Source: Microgenomates group bacterium Gr01-1014_7 | GTDB lineage: Bacteria; Patescibacteriota; Microgenomatia; Daviesbacterales; UBA10151 | NCBI GenBank assembly: GCA_007376405.1 | Contig: VMGD01000001.1 | Span: 2,891-66,890, forward strand | Length of the DNA stretch: 64,000 nt | Direction: 5' to 3' | Part shown: positions 9,209-17,715 of the stretch, one piece after another | Layout of the letters: the number at the start of each line of letters is the position of its first letter | Numbering within the stretch: the stretch's first letter is position 1 | Made by a program: the position numbers and the translations under genes | Notes under the pieces: model-generated | What the model was told of the DNA's origin: nothing | The model's database searches: none | The model's input: the letters and a program-made list of their open reading frames with translations, nothing else

Positions 9209-10311
9209 TCTTCCAAAAACTTGGTTCCTCTCAGACTACCGTTTCAGTGTTAGGTTTGGGGACTAATGGTGTTGGTAATTTTTATCAGCCAAACTTAACC
9301 AAGGTTCGTTCCCGACAAAAAATATATAAGACTGCTTTTGAAAACGGTCTGATCTTATTTGACAGTGCCGAGCTATATGGAGAGGGATACGCTGAATTTA
9401 TTTTGGGAAAGACTTTTTCTAGAAAAAGAGACCAAATAATTATTTCAACCAAAGTTAATCCTGATAATTGCAGTTCTTTTAGGTTAAGAAAATCCCTCAA
9501 AGATAGCCTTAAGCGGTTGCAGACAGATTATATAGATCTCTACCAGGTTCACTGGATTAACCCTTTTATTGATCTTGAAGAAACTTTTATTACTTTGGAG
9601 CAGTTTGTAAAAGAAGGCTACATTAAACATATTGGAGTCTGTAACTTTTCTCCATTAATGATCTCTCAAGCTAATAAGTTTTTAAATAAATATAAGATTG
9701 TTTCTAATCAGATTGAGTTTAACCTCCAAAGCCAATATCAAATGCTTAAAGATTTTCAATTTTATAAAAAAAACAATATTACTATTATTGGCTATGGTGC
9801 CTTAAATCATCTTAACTCATTCTCATCCCCAAAGCAGAAACAGCTTATGGAGTTTTTAACTAAAAAATATAAAAAAACTCTTTCCCAATTAATAATCAAC
9901 TATCTTACCTCTTTTAAAAATACTATCCAACTTATAAAAACAGATAATATTACCCATTTACAGGAAAATATTAGATCATTTGATTTTGAATTGGAAAAAA
10001 AAGATTTTGAAGAAATTAAAACAAATTTTTATTATCAAGTTCAGTTTGTCCCAGTTAAAAAAATTAAAATTGAAAACGAATTAAAAATTGACCGTTTCCA
10101 AATCCTACAAAATAGTGAAAACTTTATTCCCTCTCCCCTAACTATAGCTCAAACTCTTGTTAAATATGGTTTTTTTAAACCTTTGAAGTTAATAAAGAAA
10201 AACGATTTTTTTTATCTTGATTCTTATGATTTACAGGGGGAATATAAAAAATACCTGGCATGGAGATTAATTTATGATATATCAAGTCAAATTCCAGCAA
10301 TAGTTATCTAA
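9205..10311 (+). CDS. Aldo-keto reductase with degenerate C-terminal ParB/Srx-like domain
   Basis: LGLGT, FDSAELYG, ISTK, LQTDYIDLYQVHW, IGVCNF; extra C-terminal ~90 aa ending IPAIVI. Confidence 0.85.
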   Translation: MIFQKLGSSQTTVSVLGLGTNGVGNFYQPNLTKVRSRQKIYKTAFENGLILFDSAELYGEGYAEFILGKTFSRKRDQIIISTKVNPDNCSSFRLRKSLKDSLKRLQTDYIDLYQVHWINPFIDLEETFITLEQFVKEGYIKHIGVCNFSPLMISQANKFLNKYKIVSNQIEFNLQSQYQMLKDFQFYKKNNITIIGYGALNHLNSFSSPKQKQLMEFLTKKYKKTLSQLIINYLTSFKNTIQLIKTDNITHLQENIRSFDFELEKKDFEEIKTNFYYQVQFVPVKKIKIENELKIDRFQILQNSENFIPSPLTIAQTLVKYGFFKPLKLIKKNDFFYLDSYDLQGEYKKYLAWRLIYDISSQIPAIVI

Positions 10312-10312
10312 A

Positions 10313-11422
10313 ATGAAATATAAAAATTTAGGGGGTACTAATGTAAAAATAAGCAGTATTGGTTTAGGTACAAATTTTAATCCCTACCATCCCGATACTA
10401 ATCAGAAATTAATCTCTCTTATGCAAGAAGCCTTAAATTTGGGTCTAAATTTTTTTGATTCGTCCGAACTTTATCTTAATGGAAACTCAGAAAAATTAAT
10501 AGGTCAGGCATTTAAAAAAAGAAGAGGTGAAGTCTTTATCTCCACCAAATTCTCTCCAGAAAATTGCAGTTACGAGAGGGTGGTTAAGTCTTGTGAAGCC
10601 AGTTTAAAAAGATTACAGACTGATTACATTGATTTATATCAAATCCACTGGCCAAATCCCATTATTCCTATTGAGCAAACTCTAAAAGCTTTAGAAAAAT
10701 TAAGAAAAGTTGGGAAAGTAAAATACATTGGCGTGTGCAATTTTTCTCTTAGACAATTAAAGCATATCCAAAAAGTATCTAAATTACCTATTGTCTCTTT
10801 GCAAACAGAATATAATTTACTTGAACGATCAATAGAATACGACCTACTCCCCTATTGCGAAAAAAATAAAATTACAATTATTGCCTATACACCTCTAAAT
10901 TCAGGTAATATTTTAAAAACAGAAAAATATTTAAAGATATTTTCAGATCTGTCTAAAAAATATAATAGAACTGCCTCCCAAATAATATTAAACTTTTTAA
11001 TATCCCACCCCACCGTTGTTGTTATACCTGCAACAGCCAACATCATTCATTTAGAGGAAAATGCAAAGTCTACTGAGTTTGTGCTGGAAAAAAAAGACAT
11101 TCAACTTCTCACAAAAACATTTACTACAAAAGTAATAAATATAGATACCGGAAAAATTAAGGTTACAACTATTCCCCACCATGCTGCATATAAAACAATT
11201 GAAGAAGCCTTAACAAATAAGTTAAACTTTTTTCCAAGTCCAAAGACACTTTCGGAAGATATCCAAAAAGGAGATTTTTTAAAGCCTGTTAGGGTAAAAG
11301 TTTTACAAAAAAAGAAAGGTGATTTTGAATATGAATTATTAGGTGGTAGAATACGCTATTGGGCATGGGTTATAGCTTACCATGGTAAAAAACCCATACC
11401 CGCTATAGTTGAAAATTCATAA
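10313..11422 (+). CDS. Aldo-keto reductase with C-terminal ParB/Srx-like domain
   Basis: AKR tetrad motifs FDSSELY, ISTK, YQIHWP; tail LSEDIQKGDFLKPVRV...YELLGGRIRYWA...IPAIV. Confidence 0.87.
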   Translation: MKYKNLGGTNVKISSIGLGTNFNPYHPDTNQKLISLMQEALNLGLNFFDSSELYLNGNSEKLIGQAFKKRRGEVFISTKFSPENCSYERVVKSCEASLKRLQTDYIDLYQIHWPNPIIPIEQTLKALEKLRKVGKVKYIGVCNFSLRQLKHIQKVSKLPIVSLQTEYNLLERSIEYDLLPYCEKNKITIIAYTPLNSGNILKTEKYLKIFSDLSKKYNRTASQIILNFLISHPTVVVIPATANIIHLEENAKSTEFVLEKKDIQLLTKTFTTKVINIDTGKIKVTTIPHHAAYKTIEEALTNKLNFFPSPKTLSEDIQKGDFLKPVRVKVLQKKKGDFEYELLGGRIRYWAWVIAYHGKKPIPAIVENS

Positions 11423-12184
11423 ATGCCAAAAAAAGATTTAACTAAAATTAAAGTATATAACAGTGAGCATGAAACCAAGATTAGACAACAAATTGTTGAT
11501 CTTTTAAAAAGTTGTCCTATTCCTGACGATCAATTGATGTCTAATTTAGGTCTATTTTTAAATTCTAAAAATTTATCCCGTATACTTTTTGTGGACCATA
11601 TCTTCAAACAAATTGTGGATATCCCTGGGGCTGTCTTTGAGTTTGGTACAAGATGGGGACAAAATATAGCACTCTTTTCAGCACTTCGGGGAACCTATGA
11701 CCCGTTTAACAGACACAGAAAAATTGTCGGATTTGATACCTTTACGGGTTTCCCGGAAATTAGCCCAAAAGATGGGGATTCAGAGATGATGCAAAAAGGA
11801 AATTTAACTTTAACAAAAAACTACTTTGAATATTTAACAAAAATTATGGAATACCATGAGCAAGAAAACCCGCTATCCCATATCAAAAAATATGAACTAA
11901 TAAAAGGAGATGTTAATTTAGAAGTTGTTAGATATTTCAAAAAACACCCAGAAACAATTGTGGCTTTGGCTTTTTTTGATTTTGATATTTATAAACCTAC
12001 AAAAAAATGTTTAGAGGCTATTAAACCACATTTAGTAAAGGGAAGTATTTTAGGTTTTGATGAACTAAATGATCCTGATTCGCCTGGTGAAACTTTGGCT
12101 TTAGATGAAGTTTTTGGGTTAAATAACATAAGGTTAAAAAGGTATAAGTTTACTTCACGTACATCATATTTTGTCGTTGAATGA
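11423..12184 (+). CDS. TylF/MycF/NovP-family sugar O-methyltransferase
   Basis: FEFGTRWG, GFDTFTGFP, DFDIYKPT, FDE. Confidence 0.8.
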   Translation: MPKKDLTKIKVYNSEHETKIRQQIVDLLKSCPIPDDQLMSNLGLFLNSKNLSRILFVDHIFKQIVDIPGAVFEFGTRWGQNIALFSALRGTYDPFNRHRKIVGFDTFTGFPEISPKDGDSEMMQKGNLTLTKNYFEYLTKIMEYHEQENPLSHIKKYELIKGDVNLEVVRYFKKHPETIVALAFFDFDIYKPTKKCLEAIKPHLVKGSILGFDELNDPDSPGETLALDEVFGLNNIRLKRYKFTSRTSYFVVE

Positions 12185-12197
12185 ACTAGATAAAAAA

Positions 12198-12752
12198 ATG
12201 GCTAAATTCTTTAAAACAAAATTAGAAGGTGTTTTACTTATTAAGCCTGAACCCTTTGAAGATTTTCGTGGAGAATATGTTGAAACATTTAATGAAAAAA
12301 TTTACTCTGAAGAAATTGCCAAGAATTTAAAAGGAACTATTTATCAAAAAGAAGCTTCAAGTTTGCATTTTGTTGAAGATGATATCTCAACCGGTAGTAA
12401 GGGTGTAATAAAAGGGATACATGGAGATACCAAAACCTGGAAACTGGTTCAATGTTTATTTGGAAAATTTTATCTGGTTGTATTAAATTACAACCCAAAA
12501 TCTAAAGATTATGGTAAGTGGGAAGCATTTACACTCTCAGACAAAAATAGACTTCAGGTTTTAATTCCGCCAATGTATGGTAATGGACATTTTGTCTTAT
12601 CTGAATATGATATATACCACTATAAACAGACTCCATACTACGATCCGGATAATCAATTTACTATTAAATGGGATGATCCAAGGTTTAAGATTTGGTGGCC
12701 AATAAAAAATCCAATACTATCATTAAGAGATGAAACCGTCAGAAGAGTGTAA
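12198..12752 (+). CDS. RmlC-family NDP-4-keto-6-deoxysugar 3,5-epimerase (Campylobacter DdahB/MlghB-like)
   Basis: FEDFRG, KGIHGD.KTWKLV.C, LIPP.YGNGH, IKWDDP; start moved to ATG 12198. Confidence 0.87.
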   Translation: MAKFFKTKLEGVLLIKPEPFEDFRGEYVETFNEKIYSEEIAKNLKGTIYQKEASSLHFVEDDISTGSKGVIKGIHGDTKTWKLVQCLFGKFYLVVLNYNPKSKDYGKWEAFTLSDKNRLQVLIPPMYGNGHFVLSEYDIYHYKQTPYYDPDNQFTIKWDDPRFKIWWPIKNPILSLRDETVRRV

Positions 12753-13717
12753 TGAACCAATTTTTTGAAAAGAAAAAAGTACTGGTAGCAGGTGGTGCTG
12801 GTTTTATGGGTACTAACTTAATTTTAAAACTTCTTGAAAAAGGAGTAAAGGTTAGAGCAACAATCCATAAAAAACCTCCTCAAATTAAAAATTCAGAAAC
12901 TGAATTTGTAAAAGCTGACTTGACTAAACCATCTGATTGTAAAAAAGCTGTTGAAGGGGTTGATTATGTGTTTATGTGTGCTGCTAATACTTCAGGTGCA
13001 GCAGTAATTGAAAAAACTCCCCTTGCGCATGTGACCCCAAATGTAATCATGAATTCTTTAATGCTCGAAGCAGCTCATAAGGCAGGCGTTAAAAAATTTC
13101 TATTTATCTCAAGTAATACGGTTTACCCTTTAACAAATTACGCGGTTAAAGAAGATGATGTAAATTATGCTCTTTACGAGAAATACTTCCCGGTTGGGTG
13201 GATGAAGCTATTTAGCGAAAAAATGTGTGAAATGTACTCTACCAAAATTAAAAACTCAATGACAACCATAGTTGTAAGACCCGGCAACGTATATGGCCCT
13301 TATGATGATTTTGACTGGGAGAGTTCACATGTAATTCCTGCCCTAATTAGAAAAGCAGTAGAAAGACACAGCCCGTTAGAAGTGTGGGGTACAGGTTATG
13401 ATATTAAGGATTTTATTTATGTGGAAGACTTGGTAGAAGGACTAATTTTAGCAATGGAAAAAATTAACCAATTTGACCAAATTAATATTGGTGGAGGGGT
13501 ACCTATCACCATAAGACAAGTTTTAAAAGCAATTCTAAAAGCGGATAATTTTAGAAGCCCAAAAATTGTTTTTAACAGCTCAAAACCTACTATGATTCCT
13601 ATCCGATTAATTAATATAAATAAGGCTAGGAGGATTCTAGGCTTTACACCTAAAACTTCTTTAAAGATGGGTATCAAAAAAACAGTAGATTGGTATAAAT
13701 CATTAAGAAATGTCTAA
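12752..13717 (+). CDS. GDP-L-fucose synthase-like extended SDR (atypical, no catalytic Tyr)
   Basis: GGAGFMG, SSNTVYP, RPGNVYGPYDDF, SHVIPALI; VGWMK where YxxxK is expected. Confidence 0.85.
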   Translation: MNQFFEKKKVLVAGGAGFMGTNLILKLLEKGVKVRATIHKKPPQIKNSETEFVKADLTKPSDCKKAVEGVDYVFMCAANTSGAAVIEKTPLAHVTPNVIMNSLMLEAAHKAGVKKFLFISSNTVYPLTNYAVKEDDVNYALYEKYFPVGWMKLFSEKMCEMYSTKIKNSMTTIVVRPGNVYGPYDDFDWESSHVIPALIRKAVERHSPLEVWGTGYDIKDFIYVEDLVEGLILAMEKINQFDQINIGGGVPITIRQVLKAILKADNFRSPKIVFNSSKPTMIPIRLININKARRILGFTPKTSLKMGIKKTVDWYKSLRNV

Positions 13718-14426
13718 TCCTTCAGAAATTTGTGTGGCAATTCTAGCGGGTGGGTTTGGAACTAGACTTCAATCAACAGTGAAGGGGAACCCTAAGGCCT
13801 TAGCAGAAGTTAGAAAGCACCCTTTCTTAGAATATTTATTGCATCAGTTGGATCAGGCTAATTTTAAAAAAATTGTTCTTTGTACAGGCTATTTAAGTGA
13901 TCAAATTGAGAAAACATTTGGAGAAAGGTATAAAAATCTGCGTCTTTATTATTCACCAGAACAACTGCCTTTAGGTACAGCAGGTGGTTTGAGAAAAGCC
14001 TTACCTCTCTTAAATTCAGAAAGTATATTAGTTATGAATGGAGATTCGTTTTGCGAGGTAGATTTTAAAAAAATTTGGCAGTTCCATTTAAATAAAAAAT
14101 CTAAAGCAAGTTTAGTTCTTTCATCAGTTTCTGATACCAGCCGTTTTGGAACAGTGAAGTTAGGAAAGAATGATAACATTATTGGATTCCAAGAAAAAAA
14201 AGGAGGAAGTGAAGCTGGACTTATCAATGCTGGAATTTACTTGATTAATAAAACTTTTATTGCAGAAATTCCTAAAGACAAAGAAATGTCATTAGAGAAA
14301 AATGTCTTCCCAAATTGGATAGGTAAAGGATTTTATGGATATAAAAGTAATAACAATTTTATAGATATAGGAATTCCTGAGAATTATGCTCAGGCTGAGC
14401 AATTCTTTGCTAAGTATCAATTATGA
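13710..14426 (+). CDS. hddC: D-glycero-alpha-D-manno-heptose 1-phosphate guanylyltransferase
   Basis: ILAGGFGTRL, PKAL, PLGTAG, NGDS, FIDIGIPE; heptose gene context. Confidence 0.85.
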   Translation: MSNPSEICVAILAGGFGTRLQSTVKGNPKALAEVRKHPFLEYLLHQLDQANFKKIVLCTGYLSDQIEKTFGERYKNLRLYYSPEQLPLGTAGGLRKALPLLNSESILVMNGDSFCEVDFKKIWQFHLNKKSKASLVLSSVSDTSRFGTVKLGKNDNIIGFQEKKGGSEAGLINAGIYLINKTFIAEIPKDKEMSLEKNVFPNWIGKGFYGYKSNNNFIDIGIPENYAQAEQFFAKYQL

Positions 14427-14968
14427 AAAAAAAGAGATTTGTTTTACTTGATCGCGACGGTACAATAATTGTTGAAAAAAATTATTTATCAAATCCTGAT
14501 CATATTGAATTAGTTCCTGGAGCCGCGGATGTTTTAAAAAAGCTTAAGAAAGTGGGATTAGGACTGGTGATAATAACCAATCAGTCAGGGATAGGAAGAA
14601 AATATTTTGATTTAGCTACTCTTCGGAAAATCCATCAGAAATTGACAGATCTGCTCTTAAAAAATGGGGTAGTTTTAGATGATATTTATTATTGTCCGCA
14701 CACACCCGAAGATGACTGTTTATGTAGAAAACCAAAAACAAAACTGGTAGAACAAGCCAGAGATAAGCATAACTTTGATCCGAAGTTATGCTTTGTTATT
14801 GGTGACAATAAAGGAGATATTGAACTGGGAAAGAATATTGGTGCTACAACTATATTGGTTCGTACCGGCTATGGCAAACAAATAGAGAATGATGAATTAA
14901 GTCCTGATTATGTGGTTGATAATCTGGAAGCTGTACTGCCTATCATTAAGAATGAGCTCGCTTCCTAA
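14423..14968 (+). CDS. gmhB: D,D-heptose 1,7-bisphosphate phosphatase
   Basis: LDRDGT, TNQSG, CPH...C.CRKP, IGD...DI. Confidence 0.92.
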   Translation: MKKKRFVLLDRDGTIIVEKNYLSNPDHIELVPGAADVLKKLKKVGLGLVIITNQSGIGRKYFDLATLRKIHQKLTDLLLKNGVVLDDIYYCPHTPEDDCLCRKPKTKLVEQARDKHNFDPKLCFVIGDNKGDIELGKNIGATTILVRTGYGKQIENDELSPDYVVDNLEAVLPIIKNELAS

Positions 14969-15968
14969 TTTTTGATCTTCTACTATTTTCATAAAAGACG
15001 TTATATCTTTTACCTAGATTATCCCTATTTTTCAAATACCACTCAATTGTTTCTTTAATACCCTCTTCTAATGAGTATTTTGGTTTAAAGCCTAATAATT
15101 TTTTGGCCCTGGTCATATCCATTAAGCGCTTAGCATCTCCTTTAGGTTTACTTTTATCCCAAACTATTTTTATTGGTCCATTAGGAACACTTTTGGCAAT
15201 CACTTCAGCAATCTGTTTGATAGTTACTCCTGATCCACTTCCTAGATTAACCGGTACATTGATTCCTTTTTCCACCGTTAGCATCATACCTTCCGCTACA
15301 TCTTTGGAATAAATAAAGTCCCTAATTGGTGAACCATCACCCCAAACAGTTAGGGGACTTTCTCCTGCCAAAGCTCGATTTATCAATGAAGGGATAACCA
15401 TAGCTGTGTTGGGATCAAAGTTATCAAAAGGACCATACGTATTTGCTGGTCTAACAATTGAGATCTTATCCCATCCATATTCAATCTTATAGGCTTCTGC
15501 TTGTAACTCCCCCATTCTTTTTGCCCATCCTGCAAATCGGTCATTTTCAGATGGAAAAGTTTTCCATACATCATCTTCATGAAAAATTTCAGCAAGTGCA
15601 TAGACACCTACAGTGCTAGTGTATAAGAACCTAGAAACCTCTTGACGGCGGGCAGCCTCCATCATATTGGTATTAAAAGTTATGGTGGGAACAAAAAAAC
15701 TTGCAGGTTGTTTTTGATTTAATAATGGAGATCCCTTAATACCAGCCAAATGGAAAACAATTTCAATACCTTTGCAAACATCCATACAATTACTAAATTC
15801 TCTTAAATCAGCCTTAATAAATTTAACCCCTTTAGGTGCCCGACTGGGATCATCTAAAGATACTACCACCACCTTAGCCCCTTCTTTAACAAGACCATCA
15901 ACTAAGGGTCTACCAATTAAGCCAGTCCCCCCTGTAATTAATATCTTTTTATTTTGGAAAAACTTCAT
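14946..15968 (-). CDS. GDP-L-fucose synthase-like extended SDR (atypical, no catalytic Tyr)
   Basis: GGTGLIG, RPANTYGPFDNF, VWGDGSPIRDFI; AGWAK where YxxxK is expected; paralog of 7812. Confidence 0.85.
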   Translation of the reverse strand: MKFFQNKKILITGGTGLIGRPLVDGLVKEGAKVVVVSLDDPSRAPKGVKFIKADLREFSNCMDVCKGIEIVFHLAGIKGSPLLNQKQPASFFVPTITFNTNMMEAARRQEVSRFLYTSTVGVYALAEIFHEDDVWKTFPSENDRFAGWAKRMGELQAEAYKIEYGWDKISIVRPANTYGPFDNFDPNTAMVIPSLINRALAGESPLTVWGDGSPIRDFIYSKDVAEGMMLTVEKGINVPVNLGSGSGVTIKQIAEVIAKSVPNGPIKIVWDKSKPKGDAKRLMDMTRAKKLLGFKPKYSLEEGIKETIEWYLKNRDNLGKRYNVFYENSRRSKIRKRAHS

Positions 15969-16972
15969 TTTTTTAAAGAATAATCTTCTTGCTGATCAAA
16001 AAAAATTATTTGAGAACCTGCACGCTCGAAGTTGAAAGGAACATGAATAAGTTTGTTAAATTTTTTTCTGACCTTAGCTTGATGGGATGGAGGAACAAAA
16101 AGTAGTATAAATCCTCCGCCACCTGCACCGATAATTTTGCCTCCAGTTGCACCCGCTGAGAGAGCATTGAGATATATGTCATCTATAAGGGAATTAGAAA
16201 CAGAGGAGCTTAGGGAGCGTTTAAGGCTCCAGGTTTCATGTAAGAGTTTACCGAAATCATTAATATCTTGTTTGCTGTTTAAAATGTTTAAAGCTTGATT
16301 AACCATTTCATTCATAGCAAAAAGTTGCTTTTCTTTTTGTTCGATATTTGGAATAAATGTTTTAGCTACATCGGACGCGGTACGGGCAATACCAGTATAA
16401 AAAAGCATTAAGTGATTTTCCAGGTCTTCAACACGTTTTGAAGGGATGGTAATTGGTTTAAGTGAAAAATTCCCATCTTTATGAAAGGTAATAAGATTAA
16501 ATCCTCCATAAGATGCTAACACTTGATCTTGTGATCCAACTGTTTCTTTAAGAACTCTTTGCTCAAGATAAATGCTTTCTTTGGCCAATCTATGTTTGTT
16601 TGGCATATGACCACCTAAAGCATACAAAGCGTGTAACAATCCTACTGTAAAGGCAGAGCTAGAACCTAATCCGCTGCGCCCTGGCAAATCCCCATCATAA
16701 TGAATTTCCACCCCTTGGCGAATTTTTAAAAAACGTATAACCTCACGAACAGAAGGATGGAGAATTTGATCAATGGTTTTGCAATTTTCAACTTTGGAAT
16801 ATGCAATCCTATATTTATATCCAAAAAAGGGGGGCATATACCTTGCATTGAGGTAACAATATTTATTAATTGTTGTTGCTAAAATCGATCCGCCATGTTT
16901 TTTATACCAAGCAGGATAGTCCGTGCCTCCACCAAAAAAAGAAATTCGAAAGGGGGTTCTGCTTATGACCAT
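15965..16972 (-). CDS. hddA: D-glycero-alpha-D-manno-heptose 7-phosphate kinase (GHMP family)
   Basis: PFRISFFGGGTD, PGRSGLGSSS, GSQDQ, GAGGGG. Confidence 0.9.
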   Translation of the reverse strand: MVISRTPFRISFFGGGTDYPAWYKKHGGSILATTINKYCYLNARYMPPFFGYKYRIAYSKVENCKTIDQILHPSVREVIRFLKIRQGVEIHYDGDLPGRSGLGSSSAFTVGLLHALYALGGHMPNKHRLAKESIYLEQRVLKETVGSQDQVLASYGGFNLITFHKDGNFSLKPITIPSKRVEDLENHLMLFYTGIARTASDVAKTFIPNIEQKEKQLFAMNEMVNQALNILNSKQDINDFGKLLHETWSLKRSLSSSVSNSLIDDIYLNALSAGATGGKIIGAGGGGFILLFVPPSHQAKVRKKFNKLIHVPFNFERAGSQIIFFDQQEDYSLKK

Positions 16973-17577
16973 GACTTACCTTTTTTACCAAAGAAATGAT
17001 GTTCTACCAACTCACATAATATGTGTTCAATGGCTATATGGGATTCTTGAATGTATTGAGTCATACTACTTGGAACACAAATAGCTACATCAGCCATTTT
17101 TTGTAGTTTACCACTGTTGCCAGTTAATGCTATTGTGCTTATATTGGCTGATTTTGCTGCTTTAACAGCAACAAGTATGTTTGAAGAATTACCGCTAGTG
17201 GAAATAGCAATCAAAAGGTCGCCAGGCTTGCCTAATGCTTGGACCTGACGTTTAAAGATATTTTCAAAACCTAGGTCGTTGGCGTGGGCTGTTAGAATAG
17301 ATGTATTAGTAGTCAAAGCAATGGCAGGAAAACCAGCTCTCTCAAATGTTTTGTTTAAAATACAAACAAATTCCCCAGCCATATGTTGAGAATCGGCTGC
17401 ACTACCGCCATTTCCACAAATCATTACTTTATTACCTGATTCGAATGTATCAACTATTAATTGGGCTGCTTCTAGAATTGATTCCAGACAATCCTCAGCC
17501 ACTTTTTTTTTAACCTGAGCACTTTCTATTAAGCGCTCTTGGACGAATTGGCGATGTTTATTGCTGATTTTAGTCAT
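16963..17577 (-). CDS. gmhA: Sedoheptulose 7-phosphate isomerase
   Basis: CGNGGSAADSQH, STSGNS, IQESH; ATG 17577 preferred because the TTG at 17619 lies within the -35 box. Confidence 0.93.
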   Translation of the reverse strand: MTKISNKHRQFVQERLIESAQVKKKVAEDCLESILEAAQLIVDTFESGNKVMICGNGGSAADSQHMAGEFVCILNKTFERAGFPAIALTTNTSILTAHANDLGFENIFKRQVQALGKPGDLLIAISTSGNSSNILVAVKAAKSANISTIALTGNSGKLQKMADVAICVPSSMTQYIQESHIAIEHILCELVEHHFFGKKGKSWS

Positions 17578-17590
17578 TATTTCTGGTAAG

Positions 17591-17619
17591 ACTTTATCCC
17601 AGGAATGGGTAAATGTCAA
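17591..17619 (-). promoter_or_regulatory. Promoter of the gmhA-hddA-SDR operon
   Basis: TTGACA 17619-17614, 17 bp, TAAAGT 17596-17591. Confidence 0.6.
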
Positions 17620-17715
17620 ATATAATAGCTCGACTTAGTTTAGGTAGAAGGAGGAATGTGTTATTATTTGGTTTCGAAGGGACTAACAACAAAGATTACA
17701 TCTTACGATTATAAA

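Noticed and set aside
10039-11422. Chromosome or plasmid partition system suggested by the ParB-like domains
   Set aside because: No HTH or dimerisation domain, no ParA and no parS-like palindrome seen; the domains are fused to AKRs
13710-17577. LPS inner-core ADP-heptose pathway
   Set aside because: Kinase and nucleotidyltransferase are HddA/HddC type (GDP-alpha route), and no HldE, HldD or heptosyltransferase is present
17649-17658. AGGAGG Shine-Dalgarno supporting the ATG at 17656
   Set aside because: Only 1 nt from that ATG, too close to function; ATG 17716 fits the protein N-terminus better
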